From NCBI GenBank assembly GCA_036679645.1, contig JAZDCY010000020.1:1-58246 (forward strand): a DNA stretch of 58,246 bases, written 5' to 3'. Below, one piece after another: positions 38,314-47,536 of this stretch. The stretch's first letter is position 1. Every line of letters starts with the position of its first letter. Under the pieces are notes generated by a model. That model worked only from the letters and a program-made list of their open reading frames with translations, was not told the DNA's origin and made no database searches. This DNA is from Gemmatimonadota bacterium. Lineage in GTDB: Bacteria; Gemmatimonadota; Gemmatimonadetes; Gemmatimonadales; GWC2-71-9. Made by a program: the position numbers and the translations under genes.

Positions 38314-39980
38314 TCATTCTGTTCGTCATGGTCGCATTTCTCACGCTCGCGCCCGCTGTAGGGGCCCAGGAGATGGAGCCCGCCGACCTGATCGTTACCA
38401 ACGCGCGTATCTACACTGCCGACCAAACCAGGCCGACCGCGACGGCCATGGCCATTCGCGACGGCCGCATCTTGTTCGTCGGAAGCGAGCGCGGCGTCAT
38501 GACGTTCGCGGGTTCATCTACCCAGCGCCTGGATCTGGGTGGCAAGACGGTGATTCCGGGCATGGTCGACGCGCACGTACACCTGGTGAACCTTGGCCAG
38601 ACGTTGCGCCGCGTCAATCTCGTGGGCACGACATCGTATGAGGAGATCATCGAACGGGTCGCCGAGCGAGCACGTTCCGCCGAGCCGGGCGAATGGATCA
38701 TGGGCCGCGGCTGGGACCAGAACGACTGGGCCGATATGCGTTTCCCAACCCATGAGGCCCTGTCCCACGCCGTACCGAACAACCCCGTCTACCTGACCAG
38801 GGTCGACGGCCACGCCGCGTTCATCAACGCCAAGGTAATGGAACTCGCAGGCATTTCGTCAGCGACTCGCGATCCGGACGGAGGACGCTTCATTCGCGAC
38901 AACGAGGGCAACCCCACCGGCGTCCTGATCGATCACGCGAAGGATCTCGTGAGCGGCCTCATTCCGGCGACGACCGACGACGAGATTCGTGCCGCTACGC
39001 TGGCGGCAATTTCCGAGGCCAACAGGTGGGGATTGACCGGCGTTCACGACGCGGGGGTCGGCGAACGTACGATCGGGATCTATGAGGACCTCGCGCGGGA
39101 GGGGAACTACAACCTGCGCAACTATGTCATGATCCGCGCGGACGAGGCAACGCTCGACCGATTCATGCAGCGTGGTACACAGGACGCCCTGTTCGACGGT
39201 CATATCTGGCTTCACTCCGTCAAGATCACAATCGACGGCGCGCTCGGCAGTCGCGGGGCAGCGTTGCTCGAGGATTACAGCGACGAGCCCGGGAACAAGG
39301 GCCTCATCACGGCCGACCTCGACATGACGCGGCGCGTCGCCGTCAAGGCGCTGCGGAGCGGTTTCCAACTGAACGTGCACGCGATCGGTGACAGGGCCAA
39401 CCGTATAGCGCTCGACATCTTCGAGGACGCCCTCGCCGAGGTGCCCGTTGCCGATCATCGTTTCCGTGTCGAGCACGCACAGATTCTCAACTATCAGGAC
39501 ATCCCGCGTTTCGCGGAACTCGGTGTCATTCCGTCCATGCAAGGCAGTCATCAGACGAGCGACATGTATTGGGTTCCCGCGCGTATCGGATGGAGTCGCG
39601 CCCAGGGAACCTACGCCTGGCGTTCGCTCCTCAATACGGGCGTGGTTATCCCGAACGGATCCGATCTGCCGGTCGAGCAGACGAACCCGTTGATCTCGTT
39701 CAAGGCCTTTGTCACGCGCCAGGACGCGAACGGCTTCCCGCAGGGCGGCTGGCTTCCGGCCGAGCGCGCGACGCGGCAAGAGGCGCTGCTCAGCATGACA
39801 CTCTGGCCCGCATACGCGGCGTTCATGGAGGATGTCTCCGGTTCGCTCACGGCCGGGAAATACGCCGACTTCGTCGTGCTCGATCAGGACATCATGACGA
39901 TGGATGCCAATCGGATCCTGGATACGAACGTGGAAATGACGGTGTTGGGGGGGGAAATCGTCTACCGGCGGCGGACGTAG
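38310..39980 (+). CDS. Exported amidohydrolase_3 (YtcJ-like) protein
   Basis: Signal peptide; PGMVDAHVH, GRGWDQ, DGALGSRGA, HAIGDRAN, RVEHAQ, GSDLPVE, GKYADFVVLD; GGAGG SD plus ATGA overlap. Confidence 0.92.
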   Translation: MIILFVMVAFLTLAPAVGAQEMEPADLIVTNARIYTADQTRPTATAMAIRDGRILFVGSERGVMTFAGSSTQRLDLGGKTVIPGMVDAHVHLVNLGQTLRRVNLVGTTSYEEIIERVAERARSAEPGEWIMGRGWDQNDWADMRFPTHEALSHAVPNNPVYLTRVDGHAAFINAKVMELAGISSATRDPDGGRFIRDNEGNPTGVLIDHAKDLVSGLIPATTDDEIRAATLAAISEANRWGLTGVHDAGVGERTIGIYEDLAREGNYNLRNYVMIRADEATLDRFMQRGTQDALFDGHIWLHSVKITIDGALGSRGAALLEDYSDEPGNKGLITADLDMTRRVAVKALRSGFQLNVHAIGDRANRIALDIFEDALAEVPVADHRFRVEHAQILNYQDIPRFAELGVIPSMQGSHQTSDMYWVPARIGWSRAQGTYAWRSLLNTGVVIPNGSDLPVEQTNPLISFKAFVTRQDANGFPQGGWLPAERATRQEALLSMTLWPAYAAFMEDVSGSLTAGKYADFVVLDQDIMTMDANRILDTNVEMTVLGGEIVYRRRT

Positions 39981-40006
39981 GGAACGCTGAACGTTGAACG
40001 GTGCGT

Positions 40007-40037
40007 GGGTAGGGGCACACGGTGTGTGCCCCTACCC
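40007..40037. repeat. GTAG-type REP-like palindrome between convergent genes, containing the MFS stop codon
   Basis: GGGTAGGGGCACAC-GGT-GTGTGCCCCTACCC, a perfect 14-bp stem; preceded by GAACGCT GAACGTT GAACGGT heptamers (39982-40002). Confidence 0.75.
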
Positions 40038-41228
40038 CGCGACCGTCGCCGTTGCGGTTCGTTCGTCACCGATGCGTAGGGCCAACAGCCCAACAAACGC
40101 CACAATCGACCCGGCAACGAAGAACGGTACCGCAGTACCGAGATCCTGGAAGACCAGCGTGGCCCAGATGGGGGCTATGACCCTCGAGACCCCGCCAAAC
40201 GTTTGTTGCACACCCAGCATCTGCCCCCTTTCCCGGTCGTGCACGCGGTGCGTGACAAGTGCCGTAACGGTCGGGAACAGCAACGCCGTGCCAACCGGGA
40301 TGAACCACATCGAGGCAAGCAGGGTCGGGAGCGAGTGTGCCAGAGGAACGGTGAAGAGCCCAATCGTGAGCGCCAGCGCGCCGATTCGCATCACCTTGGC
40401 TTCCCCCATGGCGTCGACGAGCTTTCCTAGAATGAACGCGCGCATCACGATCGACAGAGCACCAAAATACACGAAGAAAACACCGATGCTCTCTTCCGTA
40501 ATGCCAAACCGACTCTCGAGATAGAGTGCCAGCACGGCCGTCATGGACATGAAGCCCAGCATCCCCACTGTGTAGATCCAGATCAGGCGAGATACCTCGG
40601 ACCGCGGGCTGTGCAGGACTTCCCAGATCGCCGTGCGGAGCGGGCGCACGGGCCGCTCTTCGGATCCGGCAGTGGCACGCAGCTTGGCGGGGGCGGTTTC
40701 CGGTAGCCAGCGCCACGCAAAGCCGATGTTGAGCAGGCAGAGTCCAGCCGCGATGAGGCCCGGCCACGCTCGCCCGAGCGTGAACGACAGGGAACCGATG
40801 GCCGGACCAACCATCACACCCGCCGACGTCGCGGCCGAGAGCCAGCCGAGCGCCTTGGCGCGATCCTTCGGCTCGATGACATCACCTACATATGCCTGTG
40901 CGACACCGGTCGTCCCCCCGCCGGCTCCCTGGACGATGCGCGAGAGAAACAGCATCCAGGTGGTGGCGGCGAACCCGAATACCACGAAGGCAACAGCGGA
41001 GGCGGTGAGCCCGGCAATGAGCGCTGGGCGCCGGCCGAACCGATCGGAGAATCGGCCCCACAGCGGCGCTGCCACGAGTTGCGCCACCGCGAAACTCGCG
41101 ATCATCCATCCAATTACCCACACATCGGCGTGGAGATTCAGCGCGTAGAACGGGAGCAATGGGAAGATCATTGCGAAGCCGAGCATGTCGACGAAGGCAA
41201 TGCCCATGAGTGCGGTGATCTTCTTCAT
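40032..41228 (-). CDS. MFS transporter (TetA/DHA1-like)
   Basis: DMLGFAMIFPLLP, motif A GRFSDRFGRRP, RIVQG, GPAIG; about 12 TM helices. Confidence 0.92.
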   Translation of the reverse strand: MKKITALMGIAFVDMLGFAMIFPLLPFYALNLHADVWVIGWMIASFAVAQLVAAPLWGRFSDRFGRRPALIAGLTASAVAFVVFGFAATTWMLFLSRIVQGAGGGTTGVAQAYVGDVIEPKDRAKALGWLSAATSAGVMVGPAIGSLSFTLGRAWPGLIAAGLCLLNIGFAWRWLPETAPAKLRATAGSEERPVRPLRTAIWEVLHSPRSEVSRLIWIYTVGMLGFMSMTAVLALYLESRFGITEESIGVFFVYFGALSIVMRAFILGKLVDAMGEAKVMRIGALALTIGLFTVPLAHSLPTLLASMWFIPVGTALLFPTVTALVTHRVHDRERGQMLGVQQTFGGVSRVIAPIWATLVFQDLGTAVPFFVAGSIVAFVGLLALRIGDERTATATVAG

Positions 41229-42871
41229 CGCCGCGTCCCAACCAGCATGGCCGCGGCAGAGATCGCCATCAGAATGACGCCGTACGCCGCAGCGGTCCCC
41301 AGATCGAACTGCCGCAACAATGAAAGAATCTCAATCGACACTGGACGGGTATCGAACGTGTACAGGACGATCGAGGTCACGAAATCCCCCAGCGCTGTTG
41401 CAAAGGCGAGCGCACCGCCCGCCAGAATTGCGGGCCGGAGTAACGGAACGGTGACACTAACGAGTGTCCGCACTCTGCCTGCGCCCAAGGACGACGCCGC
41501 CTCATCGAGTGACGGATCGAGCTGCCGGAACCCGGCGAGCACCGATCCCGTCGCGATCGGGACGTTGCGAATGAGGTAGGCGAGCGGCAGGATGAGCACC
41601 GTTCCGACCAGCACTACGCGCCCGATCCACGGCGCGTTGACGGAGAAGGTCGTGGCGACCGCGATGGCCAACACCGTTCCCGGAACGGCCCACGGTACAT
41701 TGGTCAACATCTCGATCAAGCGCCCCAGACGCGCCCGCTGCTGCACGATCACCCGACCCGCCCAGAGTGCGAGAGCCAGCGCGCCAATCGTCGCGGCCGC
41801 CGCCATCCACACCGAATTGACGAGGGGCCGTAACCGTTCGGGCTCACTGAATACGGCGGCATAGTTACCAAGGGCGTACGTCGGCGGCAACCACTCCGTG
41901 GTCCACGTGCCGAGTGGGACGAATGACACCAGCAGCAACGTGAGATGGGGAAGCAGCAACAGGAATGCGAAGGTCCATCCCACGCCGGCCGCCAGCCACC
42001 GCGCCACCGGTTGGACGATGGCGCGTGCCGCCGGCGGCGCGCCCTTGGAGAGGATGACAACCGACCGCGAGCCCCGCGACCGTTGCAACAGCCACAGCCC
42101 CATCAGCGCCACGACGGCGAGCGCGGCCGTTTCGACCATTGCCAGAGAGAGATCCCCGTTCAGCTTGGTGGTCACGATCTGTGTCGTCATCACGCGAAAT
42201 CCACCGCCGAAGATATAGGGGGCGCTGAAAGAACCAAGTGACGTCATGAACGTGAGCAACGCGGCGGCGGCAATCTGCGGGCGCAGCAGTGGCAGGATGA
42301 CACGAAACAACGTCTCTCGACGCGAGGCCCCGAGCGAGCCCGCCGCCTCCAGCATCGACCGATCCACGCGGGCCAGACCGGCGCGTGTGAAAAGATAGAA
42401 GTAGACGTACATCGAGTAGGCGTGCACCAACAGAATGGCACCCGCCCCGCGAAGGCGCCACGGTGCGCCCTCCAGTCCGAACACGGTCATCACGAGCCGC
42501 GGCACGATCCCGCTTTCCCCGTACAGAAACAGGAACGCGATCACTCCCACGAGCGGGGGCAACACCGCCGGCAAAGCAACCAGAGCGCCAAGCACGCGGC
42601 GGCCGGGAAAATCGAGTCGCTCGAAGACGAACGCCACCGGGATACCGATTGCGCCCGCGAGCCCAACGCTCGCGAACGAGATCCAGACACTCCCCCACAG
42701 GGCCGTCCACTCGTATGACGAGCCGGCAAACGCGCGCACATGCGCTAGCGTCCAGCCCACGTCGCCCCCGCCCCCCCCCCGGACGCTCTCGACGAACACC
42801 AACGCCAACGGGTAGACCACCAGCCACGCGAGTACCAGTACTAGCAGTGTACCACGGGGAATCCGCCTCAA
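41225..42871 (-). CDS. ABC permease, FbpB/AfuB-type (two fused BPD_transp_1 domains)
   Basis: Two EAA loops (MLEAAGSLGAS; LDEAASSLGAG), PPLVG, VPGTVLAI. Confidence 0.92.
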   Translation of the reverse strand: MRRIPRGTLLVLVLAWLVVYPLALVFVESVRGGGGGDVGWTLAHVRAFAGSSYEWTALWGSVWISFASVGLAGAIGIPVAFVFERLDFPGRRVLGALVALPAVLPPLVGVIAFLFLYGESGIVPRLVMTVFGLEGAPWRLRGAGAILLVHAYSMYVYFYLFTRAGLARVDRSMLEAAGSLGASRRETLFRVILPLLRPQIAAAALLTFMTSLGSFSAPYIFGGGFRVMTTQIVTTKLNGDLSLAMVETAALAVVALMGLWLLQRSRGSRSVVILSKGAPPAARAIVQPVARWLAAGVGWTFAFLLLLPHLTLLLVSFVPLGTWTTEWLPPTYALGNYAAVFSEPERLRPLVNSVWMAAAATIGALALALWAGRVIVQQRARLGRLIEMLTNVPWAVPGTVLAIAVATTFSVNAPWIGRVVLVGTVLILPLAYLIRNVPIATGSVLAGFRQLDPSLDEAASSLGAGRVRTLVSVTVPLLRPAILAGGALAFATALGDFVTSIVLYTFDTRPVSIEILSLLRQFDLGTAAAYGVILMAISAAAMLVGTRR

Positions 42872-43899
42872 GACGTCTCGTCGGCGGCAAAAGCCAGAGC
42901 CCGTTCCGCAGTCACCTGCACACGCTCGCCTTTCTCAGCGGCATCGACCGGCGCATCGACCTCGAGCACACCCGTCTCGGTCTCGACGCGAAAGAGGGCA
43001 CGCCCCCCCATATAAGTACGGGAGCGCACGATCCCGGGTACACCGCCGTGCGACACGAAGTGCGCGTGCTCTGGCCGGATCACCACGACCACCGGGTGTC
43101 CCTCGGCAAGCGGAGCCGGCGTGCGTGCCGGAATCGTCATCTCTCCTTCCACCGTAACGCCTCGGTTCGTGAACCTGCCGGGCAGCACACCGGCGCGCCC
43201 AACGAACGTCGCGACGAAGACGGTCGCCGGTTCTTCGTATAACTCTGGCGGAGATCCCACCTGCTCCAGCGCGCCATTGCGCAGGACCGCCACCATATCA
43301 CCAATGGCAAAGGCCTCTTCCTGATCGTGCGTCACGAACACGCTCGTAATGCCAACCCGGACGAGGGCAGCCTTCAATTCGCGACGCGTTCGGTCCCGGA
43401 GCGCGGGATCGAGATTGGAGAGGGGTTCGTCCAAGAGAAGCAGGCGCGGTGATGGAGCCAGTGCGCGAGCGAGCGCCACGCGCTGCTGCTGCCCGCCCGA
43501 GAGCTGATCGACGTTACGGCTTCCCAGATCCGCGAGGTCGACGAGCGCGAGCATCTCCAGGACGCGCGCCGTCCTCCCATCCCGATCGCGGAGACCGAAC
43601 GCCACGTTTTCCTCTACCGTGAGGTGGGGGAAGAGGGCGTAATGTTGGAACACCATGCCGAATCGGCGTGCGGAGGGCGACAAGCTCGTAACCTCCTCAC
43701 CGTCCACGGTGACCGACCCAGCATCCGGTGACTCAAACCCCGCGAGCACCCGGAGCGTGGTCGTCTTCCCGCTCCCACTGGGCCCCAACAGCGCGAGTAC
43801 ACTCCCCCGCGGGACATCCAACGACAGGTTGTCTACGGCAACGTGGTCCCCGAATTTCTTGCTCAGCCCGCGCACCTCGAGGAAAGGGCGCTCGGTCAC
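42868..43899 (-). CDS. ABC ATP-binding subunit (FbpC/PotA-like)
   Basis: GPSGSGKTT, VFQHYALFPH, LSGGQQQRVALARAL, LLLDEP, VTHDQEEA; C-terminal TOBE-like region. Confidence 0.95.
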   Translation of the reverse strand: MTERPFLEVRGLSKKFGDHVAVDNLSLDVPRGSVLALLGPSGSGKTTTLRVLAGFESPDAGSVTVDGEEVTSLSPSARRFGMVFQHYALFPHLTVEENVAFGLRDRDGRTARVLEMLALVDLADLGSRNVDQLSGGQQQRVALARALAPSPRLLLLDEPLSNLDPALRDRTRRELKAALVRVGITSVFVTHDQEEAFAIGDMVAVLRNGALEQVGSPPELYEEPATVFVATFVGRAGVLPGRFTNRGVTVEGEMTIPARTPAPLAEGHPVVVVIRPEHAHFVSHGGVPGIVRSRTYMGGRALFRVETETGVLEVDAPVDAAEKGERVQVTAERALAFAADETS

Positions 43900-45008
43900 C
43901 GAGCTCCGCCCCGACCCCGGACGTTACGATCCCAATACGTCATCCACGCCGCCACGTCGCGACCCAGCAACTCCCAATCCATTGGCTCGACGATCATCTC
44001 AGCGCGAACACGTTGCACCCACGGAGGCAACGAATCCGCCGGAAGGTCAATCCGCGCGGGAAGACGAAACGCCTCGCGCGCGGCGAGGATCTGCGCGGCG
44101 GGCGAACCAACCCACTCGATGAATCGCCGTGCCGGCTCTTGCGCGTCTTGCCCTCCCCCTCCCGCTCCGCGCACGAGCGCGATGGCGTCCTGTATGACCG
44201 GGGTACCACTCGAGGGAAGCGTGAAATCGAAGGGCTGTCCTTTCCCCTGCTCCACCAGAATATCGGGAAGATCCCAGAGCGTGATCGTCCCTTCCTGACG
44301 GATCAGCTTCTGATGCAGCAGCGCCGGGTTGAGGACATAGTCCCGTGTCTGGGCATCGAGTCGCCGTAACCACGCGTATCCCGCCGCGGTGTCACCCGTC
44401 TCACGCAGGCTGCGTTGCACTACCATGCCAAAGATGGCGCGCATCGTCCCCGACGCGATCGGATCACGGATCACCACCTGGCCACGCCACCGCGGAGCCA
44501 GCACGTCATCCCAATCCTGAGGTGCCTCGGCGCGTGGCACCGCGGTGGAGTTGAACGCAATGACGGCGGGTGTCTCGTACGCCGTAAAGAAATAGTCGCC
44601 CTGGCCGCGATCCCGCTGGGGAATGGCGTCGGCCCACGACGGCCGGTACGGCTCCAGCAGCGAGTCCGCTACCGCCTGCTGGAAGAGACTGGACGGCCCA
44701 CCAAACCACACATCAGCCTGCGGATTGGCACGCTCCGAACGAATGCGGTCGAGCACGTCCTGCGAGCCCATGTCGAGCCACCGGACATCGACATCCGGGT
44801 TTGCCGCCTCGAAGGTCTGCTCGGCGAGCGTGAGCAACTCCCGCCCGTGCGGCGAGTAGACGACGAGGGGTGTACGGCCGTCGGAACAACCGGAAGCCAC
44901 CGCCACCACCCCCAGCAACCCCACGGCGAAAAGGCGGGAAGGCGGAAAGGCGGAAAGCAAGATACCCAGGCAACGTTCCGCCCTTCCGCCCTTCCGCCCT
45001 TCCGCCAT
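43896..45008 (-). CDS. ABC substrate-binding lipoprotein (AfuA/FbpA-like cluster)
   Basis: Lipobox ASGC; LVVYSPH, ERANPQADVWFGG, PQDWDDVL, DPIASGT; ATG 45008 in a TGATG overlap. Confidence 0.88.
   Translation of the reverse strand: MAEGRKGGRAERCLGILLSAFPPSRLFAVGLLGVVAVASGCSDGRTPLVVYSPHGRELLTLAEQTFEAANPDVDVRWLDMGSQDVLDRIRSERANPQADVWFGGPSSLFQQAVADSLLEPYRPSWADAIPQRDRGQGDYFFTAYETPAVIAFNSTAVPRAEAPQDWDDVLAPRWRGQVVIRDPIASGTMRAIFGMVVQRSLRETGDTAAGYAWLRRLDAQTRDYVLNPALLHQKLIRQEGTITLWDLPDILVEQGKGQPFDFTLPSSGTPVIQDAIALVRGAGGGGQDAQEPARRFIEWVGSPAAQILAAREAFRLPARIDLPADSLPPWVQRVRAEMIVEPMDWELLGRDVAAWMTYWDRNVRGRGGAR
44925..45006. repeat. Palindromic element built from 8-bp tandem repeats
   Basis: (GGCGRRAA)x4 at 44925-44956, 19-nt spacer, (TTCCGCCC)x3 plus TTCCGCC at 44976-45006. 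Confidence 0.85.
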
Positions 45009-47536
45009 CACGGTCTCCCGAGGTCGAGCAGGTTCACGAACAGACGAAACGCGCCCACCGTCCCCGCGGGCAACGCACGAAAGAAGCTCAGCCCAGTGTA
45101 CACGTAGCTTCCCTGGCCCACACGCGCGACCAGCATACCCCCGCGGATGGGATCCCGGTCGGGATCCTGCATCTCGAGGAGCGGCGTGTATGCCACATCC
45201 CACGTGTGTGCGAAGTACAATCCACGCTCCTGCGGCCAGTCATTCCAGTCGTCGTCACCAATGGGATTCGGCGTGGAGAACAGTCGGTGACTGGGATCGA
45301 GGATCGTCACCGGAGCTGTCTCGTCGGTGATGCGATCGTGGGGCCGTGTGATTTCCAGCGGGAACGGTACGTACTCGCCGCGCGCGAAGGCATACTGCTG
45401 GTACTGCACGACCAGATGACCACCGTCGCGCGCGTAGGCCAACAATCGGTCGTTGTGCCGCACCAATGCCGTGTCGGTCTCGTAGGCGCGCGAGCCGACC
45501 ACGATGACGTCAAACCGTGAGAGGTCTCCCCCGGCCAGCACTGCCGCGTCGATCATCTCGACGTGAACACCAATGCGCTCCAGGGCCTCCGGCACGCGGT
45601 CTGACGCCCCACGTACGTACCCGATTGAGCGCACAAGGGGTAGGGCGATCGAGGCAACCCGGACCGTACTCACGGCCGCATCCAGTAGTTGGTGGGGCCT
45701 GATGTGTGGGTAGCTGATCACGCGTACGCCTTGGTCGAATCTCTGCCCGTCGGGCAGTCGGGCGACCGCACGGACGCTCACGTCCGCGCGGTCCAAGTCG
45801 ACGGGACGCGACACCGGGAAATCGATCTGCCGGGTCTCGCCGTTGCGTTCGAGGCGGAAAGGAACGGGGGCAGGGTTACGCCAGCCGCCTATCTCGAGCG
45901 AGACCTCACCTTCGAGTGGCTCGTCCCCATTCGATTGGATGGAGACGCTGAAGGTCTTGCGGCTGGGCCCGGGGACGGGCCAGACCAGTTGGTGCGGGGT
46001 GAGTTTCACATCGACCAACGGCACGATGCGTACCGGTTCCCTGATTTCGCCGATCGCCTGGTCCGCGTGACGCCGGCTCACCTCACGGCGCATCCGGATC
46101 CACGCACCTGCGACGTCGAGCAGCACCTCCCCATTGAGCGCCGGCGCGCCAAACGGCAGCCCGCGCACCTCCGGCGGCGCCGACGCCCAGTCATAGAGCG
46201 CCCCGTTCTTGGGCACTGCCAGGAAGTAGGGTTGAGTCGGGCGTGCATCCGGGGGAACCCGCACGACCAGCTCGAACGATTGTTCCGTACCGGGTGCAAT
46301 CTCGACGCCGGCCGGGATCGTTCGCGCCAGGTTGCCCGCCGCTCCCGACACCGCGACCGCGAACACCCGCACCGGTTGGGTGCCGGCGTTGTACAGCGTC
46401 GCCTCGATTGCGACCTCCTGGCCCGCCACCAGCTCGGCATCCTCGGTCCGGACGTCGAGCACCAGACCGGCGGCGATCGCGAGCGCCTCGTGGAGTCGTC
46501 GCGCATCCGGAGGCACGGGATCGGCCGTCTCCAGACCGGCGGGCCGCGTTCCCTGCACGCGCTCGAGCAAGCGCGCGAGACCCGTTACGGCGTCGTCGAG
46601 ATGACTCGCGCTCAGGGTGCGGCGCAGCGAATCGGCGGCAGCCGCGACTGCGTTCGTCCGTCTCGGAATCCCATCGAAGAGGTCAGTGTCGTGACCATCC
46701 GCCACGCGCGTCGTGAGCAACTGGACACGGGTTTCGGCCGGGCCGGTGCGCTGGAGGACGCCGAAGTCCTGTGACCGGTGCCGGCTGCGGGATGCCATGG
46801 CGATCTGGTGGTACGTACGGCCGGATCGCGAGTCGAGCCCGCCTGTGGCAAGGTGCAATGTTGTCGCAGCGCGATCGAACCTGGTTGAGTGATACAGTTT
46901 GAGCGGCGTCCACGGTTCGAGCCCCTCTTCCGAGGCAAGTTCCGGAAAGACATCTGCATCACCCGCAACCTCGAAGGCCCGGCGCGCCATGACGCCTGAC
47001 ATCTGGTGTTGTCCGTGACCGTCCCGTGGCGTACCGGAGAAAACAGTAACCACCACATGGGGTCGGAACCGCCGGATGACGCGCACGACGTCCTTCAGAA
47101 TGGAATCGGGCAACCAGAACGTCTCGGTCTCCGACAGGGCCCGCGTGTAGCCGAAGTCGTATGCCCGGGTGAAGAACTGCCGGCCGCCATCCACCGACCG
47201 CGCCGACTCGAGTTCGCCGGTGCGGACCACCCCGAGGCCGATGCCGAGTTCGTTGCCGATCAGGTTCTGCCCACCTTCGCCGCGCGAGAGCGACAGGTAA
47301 GCGGCTTCGGCGCCGTGCCCGCGGGCAAAGAGCGCCAGAATCGAGCTGTCCTCATCGTCCGGGTGTGCGCCGACCACCAGGACGCGCCGCGGTTCGGTGA
47401 GCTGTTGCAGCAGCTCGTCGATCCGCACGACGCCGCCTGTCGAGGGTGGGGCAAGCTGCGCCCCCAGAATGTTGGGGACGGTCGTGGCACAGACGCAGAG
47501 CAGCGCGACGAGGATACTACGCTGCTTCGCGGGCAA
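45008..47536 (-). CDS. Exported PIG-L/LmbE-family N-acetyl deacetylase with Ig-like (NEW3-type) and GATase-like C-terminal domains
   Basis: Signal-like N-terminus; VGAHPDDED, SRGEGGQNLIG, QFFTRAYDFGY, HGQHQ, SRHRSQ; C-terminal RITDE, ERGLY, YTGLSFFRALPAG; TTG 47536 start inferred. Confidence 0.9.
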   Translation of the reverse strand: MPAKQRSILVALLCVCATTVPNILGAQLAPPSTGGVVRIDELLQQLTEPRRVLVVGAHPDDEDSSILALFARGHGAEAAYLSLSRGEGGQNLIGNELGIGLGVVRTGELESARSVDGGRQFFTRAYDFGYTRALSETETFWLPDSILKDVVRVIRRFRPHVVVTVFSGTPRDGHGQHQMSGVMARRAFEVAGDADVFPELASEEGLEPWTPLKLYHSTRFDRAATTLHLATGGLDSRSGRTYHQIAMASRSRHRSQDFGVLQRTGPAETRVQLLTTRVADGHDTDLFDGIPRRTNAVAAAADSLRRTLSASHLDDAVTGLARLLERVQGTRPAGLETADPVPPDARRLHEALAIAAGLVLDVRTEDAELVAGQEVAIEATLYNAGTQPVRVFAVAVSGAAGNLARTIPAGVEIAPGTEQSFELVVRVPPDARPTQPYFLAVPKNGALYDWASAPPEVRGLPFGAPALNGEVLLDVAGAWIRMRREVSRRHADQAIGEIREPVRIVPLVDVKLTPHQLVWPVPGPSRKTFSVSIQSNGDEPLEGEVSLEIGGWRNPAPVPFRLERNGETRQIDFPVSRPVDLDRADVSVRAVARLPDGQRFDQGVRVISYPHIRPHQLLDAAVSTVRVASIALPLVRSIGYVRGASDRVPEALERIGVHVEMIDAAVLAGGDLSRFDVIVVGSRAYETDTALVRHNDRLLAYARDGGHLVVQYQQYAFARGEYVPFPLEITRPHDRITDETAPVTILDPSHRLFSTPNPIGDDDWNDWPQERGLYFAHTWDVAYTPLLEMQDPDRDPIRGGMLVARVGQGSYVYTGLSFFRALPAGTVGAFRLFVNLLDLGRP

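Noticed and set aside
40032..41228. Tetracycline resistance gene tetA
   Set aside because: Only family-level DHA1 motifs; no adjacent tetR or mobile context.
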